DNA from: Dudresnaya verticillata
Lineage: Eukaryota
Length of the DNA stretch: 64,000 bases
Direction: 5' to 3'
Assembly (NCBI GenBank): GCA_977862235.1
Contig: OZ374565.1
Location: 2,108,001-2,172,000, forward strand
The position numbers and the translations under genes were made by a program. Under the pieces are notes generated by a model, which was given only the letters and a program-made list of their open reading frames with translations, was not told the DNA's origin and did no database searches. Below, piece by piece: positions 24,953 through 36,142 of the stretch. Numbering within the stretch: the first letter of the stretch is position 1; each line of letters opens with the position of its first letter.

Positions 24953-25498
24953 CCCTACCATGTAATTAAAATTTGATGGTTTCTGTTCGGCCATTTATTT
25001 TATTCAAACATAGTATCCCGGAATCTTGGTTAAACCGTTAAGTTTTAGCGGGCTATCCCATTGTAGAACTAAACACACAAATTTAGTATAAAAAAGCAAT
25101 GCCGCTTTCTCGCCCCACTACACAGCCTAATTAAAATTCCGAGTACATGTATATTTGGGCAGTAATCACTTTTGTACTTGGGTTTCGTCATTCAACATGC
25201 CGCGCAACCTGAATATGTACGAATGTTTTGAAACGTGAGTTTTTGTCCCGGGACAGGTAATGAGATACACGGGGCAGAAATAGTGCTTCTGAATTGGCTT
25301 AATTGTGGAACCTCGATGGTGGCGAAGGTGAGGCCCCGAATTTGTCGTCGGAAGATACGAAAGACAAAGAGAAGCGGTAAAATAAAAAAAGGAGAACTGA
25401 CCGGGAATGAGTGTAACACAGCCGTACCTAATTTAATCTAAATAGGTCAGGAAAGTTATGTCAGCTGAGTCTCCCTGCTCAGGTTAATTTTCACTGTG

Positions 25499-27253
25499 AT
25501 GAACTCCCTCCAAAAACCCGGCTTTCTTCTCCTGTTCTTTGCGTGGAAAAGCTTCCTATTTACGACATTTGCTTCCTCCGCGGCCATACTTAAGACGAGC
25601 AATGGCCGAGAGATTGCAACATCCATTCTGTCTCGTCACCTTCCCGAGGTAGCACCAACTTCATTCGGACAACACGTCTTCGAGCAAGAACAAAGGCTGG
25701 TTTTTGTATCGAAAGAAGGTCTCCGCATCGATCTATCCGGGGAGCCTGGTGTGTTCAAATCGGTCCATCAACCTGAAACACAACAACGCAGGCACGACGG
25801 AGTCAAGCAGGCGGGCCCAGGTTCTGCCATCCAAGTCCGTCAAATTGGTCAATACACTGTTGTGCATCGACATGATGGCGCAGTTCGTTTCGTCCATGGT
25901 CCTGAACTCAATCTCGTGCCGGTTGATGAGCATACCCACCCTGGTTTGTTTGTGAACAAACGTGCGGTCATTGCTCGTAAACGTGTTGGAAAGAGCAACC
26001 ACTCGACTCGCTCAGCACAGGAAACCGACAAGGACCACAAGCTTGATTCCGCTACCATTCAGAAGAGCCTGATAAGACAGACTGCGAGTAGTCGTGCACG
26101 CCCCTTCGTCACTTGCGATAGAGGCTCGCCGAAACGAGATCTTGAAATCGCGGTTGCCGCCGATTCGGAAGCATGTCAGCTGTACGGAGGAACTCCAGCG
26201 CTTTTGCAGGACAAAATATCGTACTTGCTATCAAAAACGCAGGAGAAATTCGATGCAATTTCATGCTTGACTCTAAAAGTCGTGTTCACAGACCTGTACT
26301 GCGACAAATCCAGCGACGTGTACCAGGCCGGGAGAGATGCGGACAACGAGGAGCCCATAGATTTCTTCTCAAAGCTTTGGGAGAGGGATGCAAGGTATAA
26401 GAGGGTTCGTCGCGACATCGCCCTACTGCTCATCCCTAGGTATCCATCGGACCAGGGATATGCCGGCGTGGCAGTTGGATGGGTATCATGCAATGACAAC
26501 GCATTCTCCTACGCCGAGACAGTGGATGATGTCGAAACGTACTCAACGATTGCTCATGAATTTGGCCACAACTTTGCCCTGGGCCATACAGACACTGGCA
26601 TTATGGCACAAGGTGAGGCAGTCCCGTCCACGCGATTCACCGCAGAGTCCCAACGCTCACTATCGATGTTCCTGCGCTCTGAATATGCGCAATGTATTGC
26701 ACAGCCTGGTGCAACGAGGGTCAAGCGGGGTCCCCGCTGTAGGTCCTCCAAGCAATCTCCAGATTGCATAGAAAAATTCAAAAAGGTAAAGATGATTCGT
26801 GGTTTTTCAGTGAACGGGAAGCGTCGTAACACGAAAGTGGAGATAAAGCTCGTCCGAGGTAATATCAAGGTCAAAGTATCGGCACCCAAGGCAGAAGATA
26901 ATGTCTCCGGGATCGGGCGCGTAACCTATCACATACGGTTCGCCACGGTCATGTTGGAGTACGGTCGAGCCGGTGGAGAAGCTGACGCGGCTCACGATGA
27001 TGAACGGATAGCCACATTGACGTTCAACGAACGCAACCTCATCATCCCGAGCGGGAAGAGCTCTTGCTGCGGCAGAAATATCAACTTGAATGTACAAGTA
27101 CTCATGTACGGCGCTGACAAGGCAGGAAACTTTATCGATCAGTTCTCTAAGTTTCGCTCGCAGAATATGAAGTTTCGCATCCCGTGCTTGAAGTGCGGGA
27201 ATTCGGGAACTCAGTTCATGTCAGGTACCAGAAAATGTCCAATCTGCAAGTAA
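25499..27253 (+). CDS. Secreted zinc metalloprotease, metzincin M12B/reprolysin-like, with Cys-rich basic C-terminal domain
   Basis: Hydrophobic N-terminal signal; LEIAVAAD; HEFGHNFALGH followed by Met-turn TGIMA; uninterrupted 584 aa from the ATG. Confidence 0.85.
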   Translation: MNSLQKPGFLLLFFAWKSFLFTTFASSAAILKTSNGREIATSILSRHLPEVAPTSFGQHVFEQEQRLVFVSKEGLRIDLSGEPGVFKSVHQPETQQRRHDGVKQAGPGSAIQVRQIGQYTVVHRHDGAVRFVHGPELNLVPVDEHTHPGLFVNKRAVIARKRVGKSNHSTRSAQETDKDHKLDSATIQKSLIRQTASSRARPFVTCDRGSPKRDLEIAVAADSEACQLYGGTPALLQDKISYLLSKTQEKFDAISCLTLKVVFTDLYCDKSSDVYQAGRDADNEEPIDFFSKLWERDARYKRVRRDIALLLIPRYPSDQGYAGVAVGWVSCNDNAFSYAETVDDVETYSTIAHEFGHNFALGHTDTGIMAQGEAVPSTRFTAESQRSLSMFLRSEYAQCIAQPGATRVKRGPRCRSSKQSPDCIEKFKKVKMIRGFSVNGKRRNTKVEIKLVRGNIKVKVSAPKAEDNVSGIGRVTYHIRFATVMLEYGRAGGEADAAHDDERIATLTFNERNLIIPSGKSSCCGRNINLNVQVLMYGADKAGNFIDQFSKFRSQNMKFRIPCLKCGNSGTQFMSGTRKCPICK

Positions 27254-27326
27254 GTCTCTTTATGAAGTCATGAATACATCGACTGCATCTCTACTTTACC
27301 GCGTGCGGCATCGATGCCAGCGATAT

Positions 27327-27580
27327 CCCTAGTACGATTTGTGTTCCCTTTTGGGAACACAAGTTCGATTTCTGCAGTTTTGCACGAGAAAAAACGACCA
27401 ACTTTGCAGGCCTCGCGCAGAAAGATTTTTTGAATTTTACTTCATACTTTATGCAACGCTAGAGGGGCGTTTTCTCTTGACTGTAGAAAAAATATTTATG
27501 CTTCGCGATTTTTTATAACCTAGTAAGATGCAATATAAACTTGTGAGCCCTTTTGGGAACACAAATATTGAGTACTAGGG
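27327..27580. mobile_element. MITE (254 bp) with CCCTAGTAC TIRs and ATAT target duplication, piggyBac-like
   Basis: ATAT|CCCTAGTAC...GTACTAGGG|ATAT; subterminal hairpin TTGTGTTCCC-TTTT-GGGAACACAA near both ends. Confidence 0.85.
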
Positions 27581-27627
27581 ATATACACATTCAAATTTAC
27601 CCAAGTCCTCATCGACTATTCAATTTT

Positions 27628-27704
27628 AAAGCCAACGAAATTTTTCGTTGGCTTTACAATTGATAATTAATTTAATCATGCCAACGAAATTTTTTCGTTG
27701 GCAT
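27628..27704. repeat. Two tandem palindromes GCCAACGAAA-T(n)-TTTCGTTGGC
   Basis: Copies at ~27631 and ~27680 in AT-rich DNA. Confidence 0.9.
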
Positions 27705-28066
27705 AATTAAATTATTGAAATTGCCATTAAAAATAGATGTATAATTTACTATAATCATTTGGTTATTATTTGATAGTCGAGATATGCTTCTTATTAATAA
27801 TCCCAGTTGTATTAAACAATAAAATGTTTAATTGTTATACTATTAACAAGTCGCACCGCCTTCGGCGGGGGCGGCGCTGCGCGCCGCTAGACCGCGCCTT
27901 CGGCGCGGGACGGCACTGAGTGCTGGAATAATAGTCCCCGCGCCGAAGGCACGCGCGGGGTATACGGCGGTCGCGCGCGCACAAAAAAAGGACCAAATTA
28001 AGAAATCAGGCGCACAGCAAAGGTGTCGGCTGTAAGGAGCACCATCCCGCCAATCAATGGTAAGCT

Positions 28067-28067
<1 letters not shown>

Positions 28068-28111
<44 letters not shown>
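28068..28111. repeat. (TGC)14 microsatellite
   Basis: Perfect trinucleotide run. Confidence 0.95.
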
Positions 28112-28267
28112 ATTTTTTCATTGGCGCTGCGGCCGTGTATTTTAGATATAATTTCGGATGCGTAGAAACTATTGTGGCGCCAAGTGGATTTGTTGGCGCA
28201 TCGATATAGAATTTTGTTTATTTTTCGAGACCTGGCCGGGCTAATACTACCATTTGGGCGGTCATAC

Positions 28268-29351
28268 CCCTACAAATTCTTACTATAAGGTAAACATTAA
28301 AATTTTTAATGTTAATAGTAAAAACTTTAATGTTAATAGTATTAAAATATTAAGTAAAACGGGTAAAATCTAGGTTTAATTAAAATTAAAATATTAATTA
28401 TTATTATTAAAATTATTTGGGTGATTTTGCGTTTTAGGGGGTGACAGGGTCCGGCGTTGCGGCAAATGGGGGGTGAAAGTGGATTTATTGCGGGAGATGG
28501 GGTCCGAATGGTAACAGGTTGTTGAAAATGGGGGCGACCTGTGCGAAAGTTTGAGTTATGGCGGGGCGAAACTTGAAGTGTCACCCTGCATCTGGTTGAG
28601 AAAAACCAAATGTCGAATAAACAGAGGCATTTTCACCTATGTAAAACAGCAATTCCGGGAATGTGTCGCCCCTTGAAAAGTGCAAGACGCCAAGTACCCT
28701 CTGATTCGAAGGCTACTCTGGTCTGTTTTGAGGATAAGCGTGTGCATCTGGCGAAGAAAGAGAATCTGCAAATTCCAAAGGCTTTGCCGCCACGGCGTGG
28801 ACGTCCGGTGAGAAATGCCGGAAAGCGCAAGAAGAATTGGTACAAGAGAGGTCCCGCAACCAAGAAGAAGGGCGTGTACTCTTGCTCAATATGCCGTCTG
28901 AAGGATCACACTGTGAAGGACTGTCCTCTCAAGCAGCTGTATGGGGATACCGCGGAGTAGTGACCGTAAAGTAACCTAATTCACCCCCCATTCAGTACAA
29001 AAAGTTGCCTTGTCGCCCCGCGCCTAGTTCAATATTGAGAAATGTCGCCTTTTGTCATCCCTCGATTACTTCAAGTTTTGTCTTTTTCGGGTCAGGGTTC
29101 TCGACGCCACCGTGCGGGTGCTCGTAAAACGAGCTATGTCAGACCTGTTCTTGTTGTAAATTGACGGTTGTCACCCGCCATTTCCAGCAACATATCGTTT
29201 TTCACCCCTCATTTGCCACAAAAGGGGACCCTGTCGCCCCCCTAAATGCAACATTATCTCATTTTAGTATTCAAAATTTGAATTAGTTATATTTCATAAT
29301 TTAATTATGAAAATTTCATTTAATGTAATTAGTAGTAGTGTCAATGTAGTG
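28268..29351 (+). mobile_element. Non-autonomous DNA transposon with long imperfect TIRs and a zinc-knuckle transposase tail (Mutator-like); ends approximate
   Basis: 28425-28480 is inverted relative to 29199-29255 (TTTAGGGGGTGACAGGGTCC / GGACCCTGTCGCCCCCCTAAA); the internal ORF 28610-28960 has PPRRGRP..RKK..CSICRLKDHTVKDC. Confidence 0.65.
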
Positions 29352-32300
29352 TGCTCCTGCACGGTCATCACTGCCCGAAGCAGTTCGCGCTGCGGGTCGG
29401 GCCTCGAGGGCGTCGACGCCCGAGGTTGGCGACCGGCTTGGTCGTCAAACCCGACCCGCTTGTCGCGAGTGAGGAACCGCGGGACGTCTGCCCTTCGGTA
29501 TTCGCCGCGCGGATCTCGACGATCCCCGCGATACTGTCGCGGCTACCCCGCGATACCTTTGCGCGTCGAAGCGCTGCGGGGGACCTCTCGCGTCGAAGCG
29601 TCGGGCCCCACCCCGCTGCGCGTCGAAGCGTCTTGCGGGGTAACCTTGCCTTGGCGCCTGCCGGCATGCGCTCGTCGATGAGCTGCTGCAAGTTGTTGCG
29701 CGCGTGCGGCTGCGTTTCCAGTCTATGGTTGCAGTTCGCATACGCGCAGTACAACTGCTGTTCCTTAGTCAGGAATGGGCACGAGTACATGATGTGTCCA
29801 AGTTCTCGGCAGAACCAGCAGATGTACCACCCCTGTCGATCAGGGGTGACAGCGCGGGCCATTGCCTCTTGCGCCGGTGTGAGCGGAGGGATCCTCCTCG
29901 GCAGGACGGCGTCGATGCGTCCTGATATGTCCAGGGTCTCCTCGGCTTGCGCCGCCCCGGCTTTCGACAGCGCGGGCATGACCATGACGGGTTCGAAACC
30001 ATCGTCATCGGGCGCCACCAACATCGTGCCGTCGAAGGCCGCTTCCCTATCGGGGGTGTGTGGCGCCTCGATAAGCAGTGTGCGGCCGCTTGGCGAACTG
30101 CTTCCCCTACCGCGCCCCGAAACGATGGCCGGCGTCGACGCCTTGGCCATGCGGGCGCGGTAGGTTGTGCCCTCACTGTGGGCGATCCGACGAACGGTAC
30201 TGAAGTTGGTCTGCTCGACCATCGGCATCTGCCTTTCCTTCTCCGCTACTGCGGGTCGGGTGGTCGGAAGCAGACCACGCAGGAACTGGTGCGTCAGGTT
30301 CTCGTCGGATAAACGCCGGCACAGTCATCTGCGTAGCCCTCTAGACGAGAGGCGAACTCGAGTTCTGACTCGGCGTCCCGCTGCCGGGCGGTGGTCAGTC
30401 GGTCGTGCGCGTCGGCGATCACGTCGTCGGTGACGAACCTCTCGACGAGGGTGTTGACCACCGAGGCCCAGCACGGGGGGGTGCCGCGACTAGTCGTCCG
30501 GACCCCCGAGAAAAGGTGACTCGAATACACCTGGGAGGCCGTTCCGTCTAGGAACCAGGACACCACTCGCGCTGCTGCGCCTTCCGACAGGCCGATGCCG
30601 TTGAAGGCTTGGCGTAGCTGTCTAAGCACGCCAAGCAAGCGGATGGGCTCCTTGCCGTCGTAGCGATCTAGCCGCGGCATGAGAGCCTTCATCCTGCTGA
30701 CAATCTTGGCCGCGTTGCCATCGCAGACTTGCTGCTGATTGTCCCGCTGTCCTATGTCATCTAGACGATAGGAGCGGTAATCGATCGCCTTTGCGAATTC
30801 GGGGACCAAGGTGCTCAGCGGCTCGACGCCCGGCACTAATGGCCCCCAGTGCCAGTAGGCCGACACGGGACCTTTGTGTGGTGGGGGCTAGACGCCCCTC
30901 CAACTCCGCGCCCGTCGAGGGCGCGTTCCAGTAGCTTGGGGTCGACCCCGTAGAAGGGGTCGTCATCTCTTGTAGGGCGAGGGGACCCTTGCCCACTCCT
31001 AGGCGGAGAGGCCGGTGGAGAAAAGGGGTTTCGCTGAGCACGACGCTCAGCGAGGAGGGCTTTGGCCAGTTCGCGAACCGGATCCGCTTGAGACGGCGAT
31101 CGCAGAGGACGGCTCCGCACCGGCGACGGGCTAGGCGCCCGTCGGTCATACCGCGCCGGTGCGTGCTCAATCAACTCAACGCGTTGGCGTAGCTCGTCGA
31201 GGAGCGCTTGAGTTCGGGTTAATCCTTCCTCGACGGAGGCGAGAGTTCCGCGTCAAAGCGACTCCAGGTCACGTTGACCTTGTGCCCGCGCGTCTGCGAC
31301 TGAGGCCATGAAGGTGTCGTACACTTCCGAAAGTGAGTCCATCGTCTCCTCGTAGAGTAGCTGGAGGTCGGTCGCAGAGACCGTTGTCCCTCCTAGGGCC
31401 TTGGCTATAGCCGCCCTGCGCTCGATGCGCGGTTCATCTAGGGGAGCTCCTGAGACGCCGACGTTACTCAGCAAGGAAGTGCGTCGACCGCCAACTTCAC
31501 CTGCCGCGGCGTCTGCCGAACCGGCAGCGGCCGAAGTAGGTAGCGGCGGCATTCTTGGCCTCGATCGCGTCGACGCGAGAGGTGATAGGGTCTTCTGCTA
31601 CTTCTAGGTCGGGAGACCAGTGTGGCATAGACGTCAGGTCGAACTGACGTCTAGCTGCGCTGGCCGATCAGTCGCACCCAGACCCGTCGAAGGGTGGTAG
31701 CTGTGGTGGTAGAGCGGTGGTGGCGGCCGCGCGCCGTCGACGGTCGCGGATCAACGGCGTCGAAGCCTGAGAGCGCACGGGGCGTACCGTACGCGGGCGG
31801 CAGCGGCCGGATCCCCGCGTCCCCGTCGTGGGGCGGCACGAAGCCGACGGTAGGGAAAGAAAAAGGAAACCCTAGGCGGCTAGGGAAAGAGGGAAGCCGT
31901 AGGGCGAAGGACTGGGAAAGAAGCCCAAAGCAGAAAGGGCAAGCCTGGCGTAGGCTGGCTTGCCTGGTTTACTGAAGCCCAGAGGGGCGACTACTAGATA
32001 TACTACAGGGCCTGCGGCGGCACCAACCCGGGAGGTGCGCCGGCGCGCCCCAACACGCGTCGACGCGTACGGGTAACGGTAACCCGGGGGCGCGCGTAGG
32101 CGAAACGGTCCACACGTACTCAACGGCTCGACGCCGGAGTGCGCGCGCGCGTGTCACGCACTCAACGGCTCTGCGCCGGAGTGCGTGCGCACAGCGCGCA
32201 GGACAGCAGGGCGTTCCACCGCCGCTTACACTAGACGGTGCTGTACACTACAAAACAATAAACGTAGAAATTACATGGGAGTTTCAGTGTCACACGCGTA

Positions 32301-32424
32301 CGCGTGCACACGCGGGCGCCACTGCGCACTTCCTTACAGTTCAGCGGGGCTTCGGCGCCACCGGCTGACAGCGTGCGCACAGCAGTGCACATGTGGCGCA
32401 GCTGGTCTTACAGCTGCGCGTGCG
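29352..32424 (-). mobile_element. Ty3/gypsy family C: partial 5' LTR (31621-32424), PBS and fragmented gag; truncated
   Basis: PBS 31602-31619 next to TGTGG; gag pieces with IDYRSYRL, YDGKEPI and CWFCRELGHIMYSC. Confidence 0.85.
29368..31552 (-). pseudogene. gag: Family C Gag, fragmented
   Basis: ORFs 31253-31552, 30836-31174, 30294-30866 and 29368-30228 are successive pieces. Confidence 0.8.
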
Positions 32425-33330
32425 TGTGGTGCAAACGTCTGAGACGATAGACCGCCGAGCAGTTCGGGGCTCGGTGGGTAGCTGCGCCCTTGGCGGTGAG
32501 TAGCCTCGCCTTGGGCGACTTGTTGGTAGAGCAAAGGACACGCCTTGGGAGGACTGCAGACGCCCGAGGCAGAAAGGAAGGGAAAAGGAAACAGAAAGGG
32601 AACACGTCAAGGACGATGGTAACGTCAAGGACGATGGTAGACGTGGAAGCACGGGAGGTAGACGCTTGAGCCGTAGGCAGCGGTAGGATACGCGCGTGCG
32701 GAACGGGGAAGTCTGGACCAAGGCCGGCTTGCCCGGGTGTTTACAGTTACGTCTGGGACGGCTTACCTAAGAATAGTACGGCGATGCGGCGGCGGCGGTG
32801 CGTGTGCGTAGCGCGGGATATCGGGACATGTGTCGTCCCGAGGCGCGTCTGACAGATCACCCATCGCATGCAGCCGCGCGCCTGCCAAGTTGCCGTACAA
32901 TCCCCTGTTTGGGTGCTTACACGCACACGTGGACGCGTGTGCCTTACAGCCGTGCGCGCGCGCGTACCGTAGAGCATGCGCCTTGGATCTAATCCGATAC
33001 TTGTCCGATCCCGATCCCATCCGGATCGGGACCCGCAGCCTTACAGGCGCGTATCTTACAGCTCAGGCGATCCAGATAGCCAATCTGGATACCGGATCCG
33101 GATCCCATCTGTATCCGTATCACAGTGCCCCGGGGCGCCACGTCGGCCCATCACCGTACAGTGCCCGCGTGGCGCGCGGCGCGCAGTGTGCGCGCGCGCC
33201 CCAGTGAGCCGTCGATGACGTGTTCGCGCGCCAACGGCGGTGGTGAGCGCCGGTGGCGGTTTCTCCGTCGGTCGACGTATTTGGTCTGCCCGCTTTCAGC
33301 GAAAAGGGGCTCACCTCCCCTTGCACCACA
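32425..33330 (-). repeat. Family B 3' LTR (906 bp)
   Basis: 10-bp terminal IR; carries an 18-bp duplication and a 14-bp deletion relative to the 5' LTR; adjacent polypurine tract GGAGGGGG. Confidence 0.95.
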
Positions 33331-33838
33331 CGACCCCCCTCCAAAACGCGAACACTCCCGACCCTCAACCTGCTGCCGTGCGCCCTCCCGTTGCGGTCCT
33401 GCCAACTTCCGCGCCTTGCGAACGAGTCCCCGCGCCTTCGCGTATTGTGTTGGTGCGCCCGCGTGCGCGTTGCGACCTCGGCTGTGCCGTAAGAACTTCG
33501 CTCTTGTTGCGTGGTTGTGTCCGTGCGACTGCGTTGACGCTGCCCCGACATCACCGCCTGTGGCGCATAACGATCTCCGTCGTTGACGTCTATCGTATAT
33601 CCCTCACCGGGGGCGTCGCAACTTAATCGTCATCGACGTTGTTTGCCTTTGGCATCGCCAGTGGCGCAGCAGCTGAACGTCGTTGACGTGGGTTTCTTTT
33701 CCTCGCCTGAGGCGTTACACAGTAATCGTCTTCGACGCACGCTTCTCGAAGCTTTCGCCAGTGGCGCAGAACACGAGTCGTCTTTGACTTTTGTACAGGC
33801 ATCGCCGTTGGCGCTACCATATTCTCATCGTTGACGTC

Positions 33839-36142
33839 ATGCAGATGTTCAATGGCATGCAGGTGGCGGCGCCCTCGGCCGCGCCTGTGTACGCTTCGCC
33901 GGTCGACTTCGTCGGAAAGAACCCTCGCGACCGCGCGCATTTCTTCACGCGGGCCCCCTGGTTTGACCAGGAGGCTTTGCGCGAGGAAGAATTGGTCGCC
34001 CATTACGCTACTAGCGGTTTCTTGCCGGGAGCCTGCCCCTCGGCGTCGTCTGGACGTTGGAATGGAAGTTGCGTTGTGCCGTCCCTGCGGAATGGCTTTG
34101 GGTGCGAGCGGGGCAGTCGCGTGCGGACGTCCACGCGCAGTTCGTCTCAGACGTGTATCGTCGCTTCACGCGTTATCCGGGGTCGACGTTAACGCCGCCC
34201 CTGTTCAATTATGATGCGGGACAATACCGCACAGCCGGCGAAGCCGAGTATGGTGCTCGTCTCGGGACTCTATCGCTCAAACATGTGAGCGTGTCGATTG
34301 AGCCCCGTGTGTTGGGAGAGGCTTACCTATTAGGCGTGCGCTTGAAAGCGGATTTTCGTTACTTGCATCGTACGGGTATGTTCTTTTGGGAGCGTTGTAT
34401 CCGGTGGGAGTGCGAGACGCGTCGCCGAAAGGGCGTATTCGTGCCTTACCAGGACATGCAGGTCGATCGCATTGAGCGTAGTAAGTTACCCTTCTGTTTC
34501 TTGAAGGTGCCGCCTGTAGGGCGCGAGTTTGAGATATGCGAAGGTTTCTCCGTAGAGCTTCCTCCATGTGTCACGTATCTTGGTTCCAAGCTGATGACCG
34601 ACCCGTATTCCAGGTATTGGATCGTGTTTTACACGGAGTGGGTCGCCAATGTGGCGTATGCGTGGTTATGGGAGGTGTATGACACCTTCCGTATGTACCA
34701 CTTACCCCCGCGTGTGGTGGCTCAGCTTGGCGGCCTCGACTTGGTCGAAATATTTGGCGGGTCCCGGAACGCCGAGGAGTTCTGGAACCTGCGCGCGGTG
34801 GCGGATGAGATCGATTGGAACGACCCGGCAATGGTGCCGTATGCGAACAACCGCCGTAAGGCGAACCGTCCGCGATTCGCGATGAGTCGGACTCACTCCG
34901 CCTGTGGCGATTGGATCCATTATAATCCGTGGACTAAGCGTCGTACGAAGAAGAACGTTGCGGAGCGCCATCGCAAAACGGACCGCTTCACCCCGGGTAA
35001 TCACCCGCGTGGTTTGCGTAAGAGCTGCGACTTTGTCGGTGATTTTCCTCCGCATTTGAGTGCCTTAATGGCCGAGAAGGATGCGTTTAACGCCGATGGC
35101 GGACCGGAGAACCCGTCTGGGACGGATATCGCTACGCCTATGGCGGTTGAGTCGACTGCCGAGCCTGCGCCCACATCTTCGTCTTTGCCCGGAGGTGCTG
35201 TCGATGGCGGTGGAGTGCCAGCTGGCCTGCTAGCTGTTGTGCCTCTGGACCTTGCAGCCCCCGTCGCTGACGATGATGGCGATGCCGTTATGGCGACGCC
35301 AATATTGGAGTCGGCTCCGCCGACCGTGACGCCTCAAGGCGAAGTATCAAACGTCGCAGACGGTTCTGGGAGTCCAGCTTCGGTGCCGGTTTGGACCGAA
35401 GAGCAGCACCGCACCGTGCTTGCATTATTGCAGGCGGTAGGCGTCGCTACTAGCGGTCTGAGCGGCTCACCCACTGAGTAGATGAGCCAATCTTTGTCAG
35501 CTACGATCCCACCTCAGGGTGGGCCCGCGCCGAAGTCGACTAGTGTCGTAGGTTCTGCGAAGAAGGACGGTGTGGCGGAGAAGCCTTCGTCGCCTATGGC
35601 GAATGGTCCGGCGTCTAAAGACGTGCGTATGACTGTACCGCCTGCGGCGAGCGAAGCGAATGCCGCTATAGCGTCGTTGACGGCTCCGAAGGGGCTAGGT
35701 GCTCCTGCGTCATTGACGGGTGTCGGATTAACAGCGCCGAAGGCGAGTGAAGAGGCGACGCCAATGAAGGCGGTTTCTGAACTGACGCCAAAGGCGGTCG
35801 AAGAGTCTTTGATTACGCTTAAAGCGGATGGGGCTGTGCCCGCGCCTAAGGCGAACGATAGCTTGAGCTCTGCGCCTGTGGCGGGTGTTATTGCTTCATT
35901 GCCTTTGGCGGATATCGTCGCGACGACGCCAAAGGCGATTGATAAAGTCGCCCCTTTTGCCTGCGGCGCCTGTTGCGACTACTCCGGCAGTTGCGGTGAC
36001 GAGGCCTTTGCGGTCCGACCCGGCTCCTGCCGTGAGTGTACCGCCGACGACGGAGGACGACCTCTACGAAGAGGCGTTACGTGAGTCCGCCGAAGGCGCT
36101 GAGGATGTGCCACCCGATTCGTCTGCGACGAAAGAGTCTTGA
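33839..36142 (+). pseudogene. Family B antisense accessory ORF (unknown domain + A/P/S/T-rich tail), disrupted
   Basis: ORFs 33791-34192, 34057-35481, 35482-36084 and 35885-36142 join through two frameshifts and one TAG; opposite strand to pol. Confidence 0.8.
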
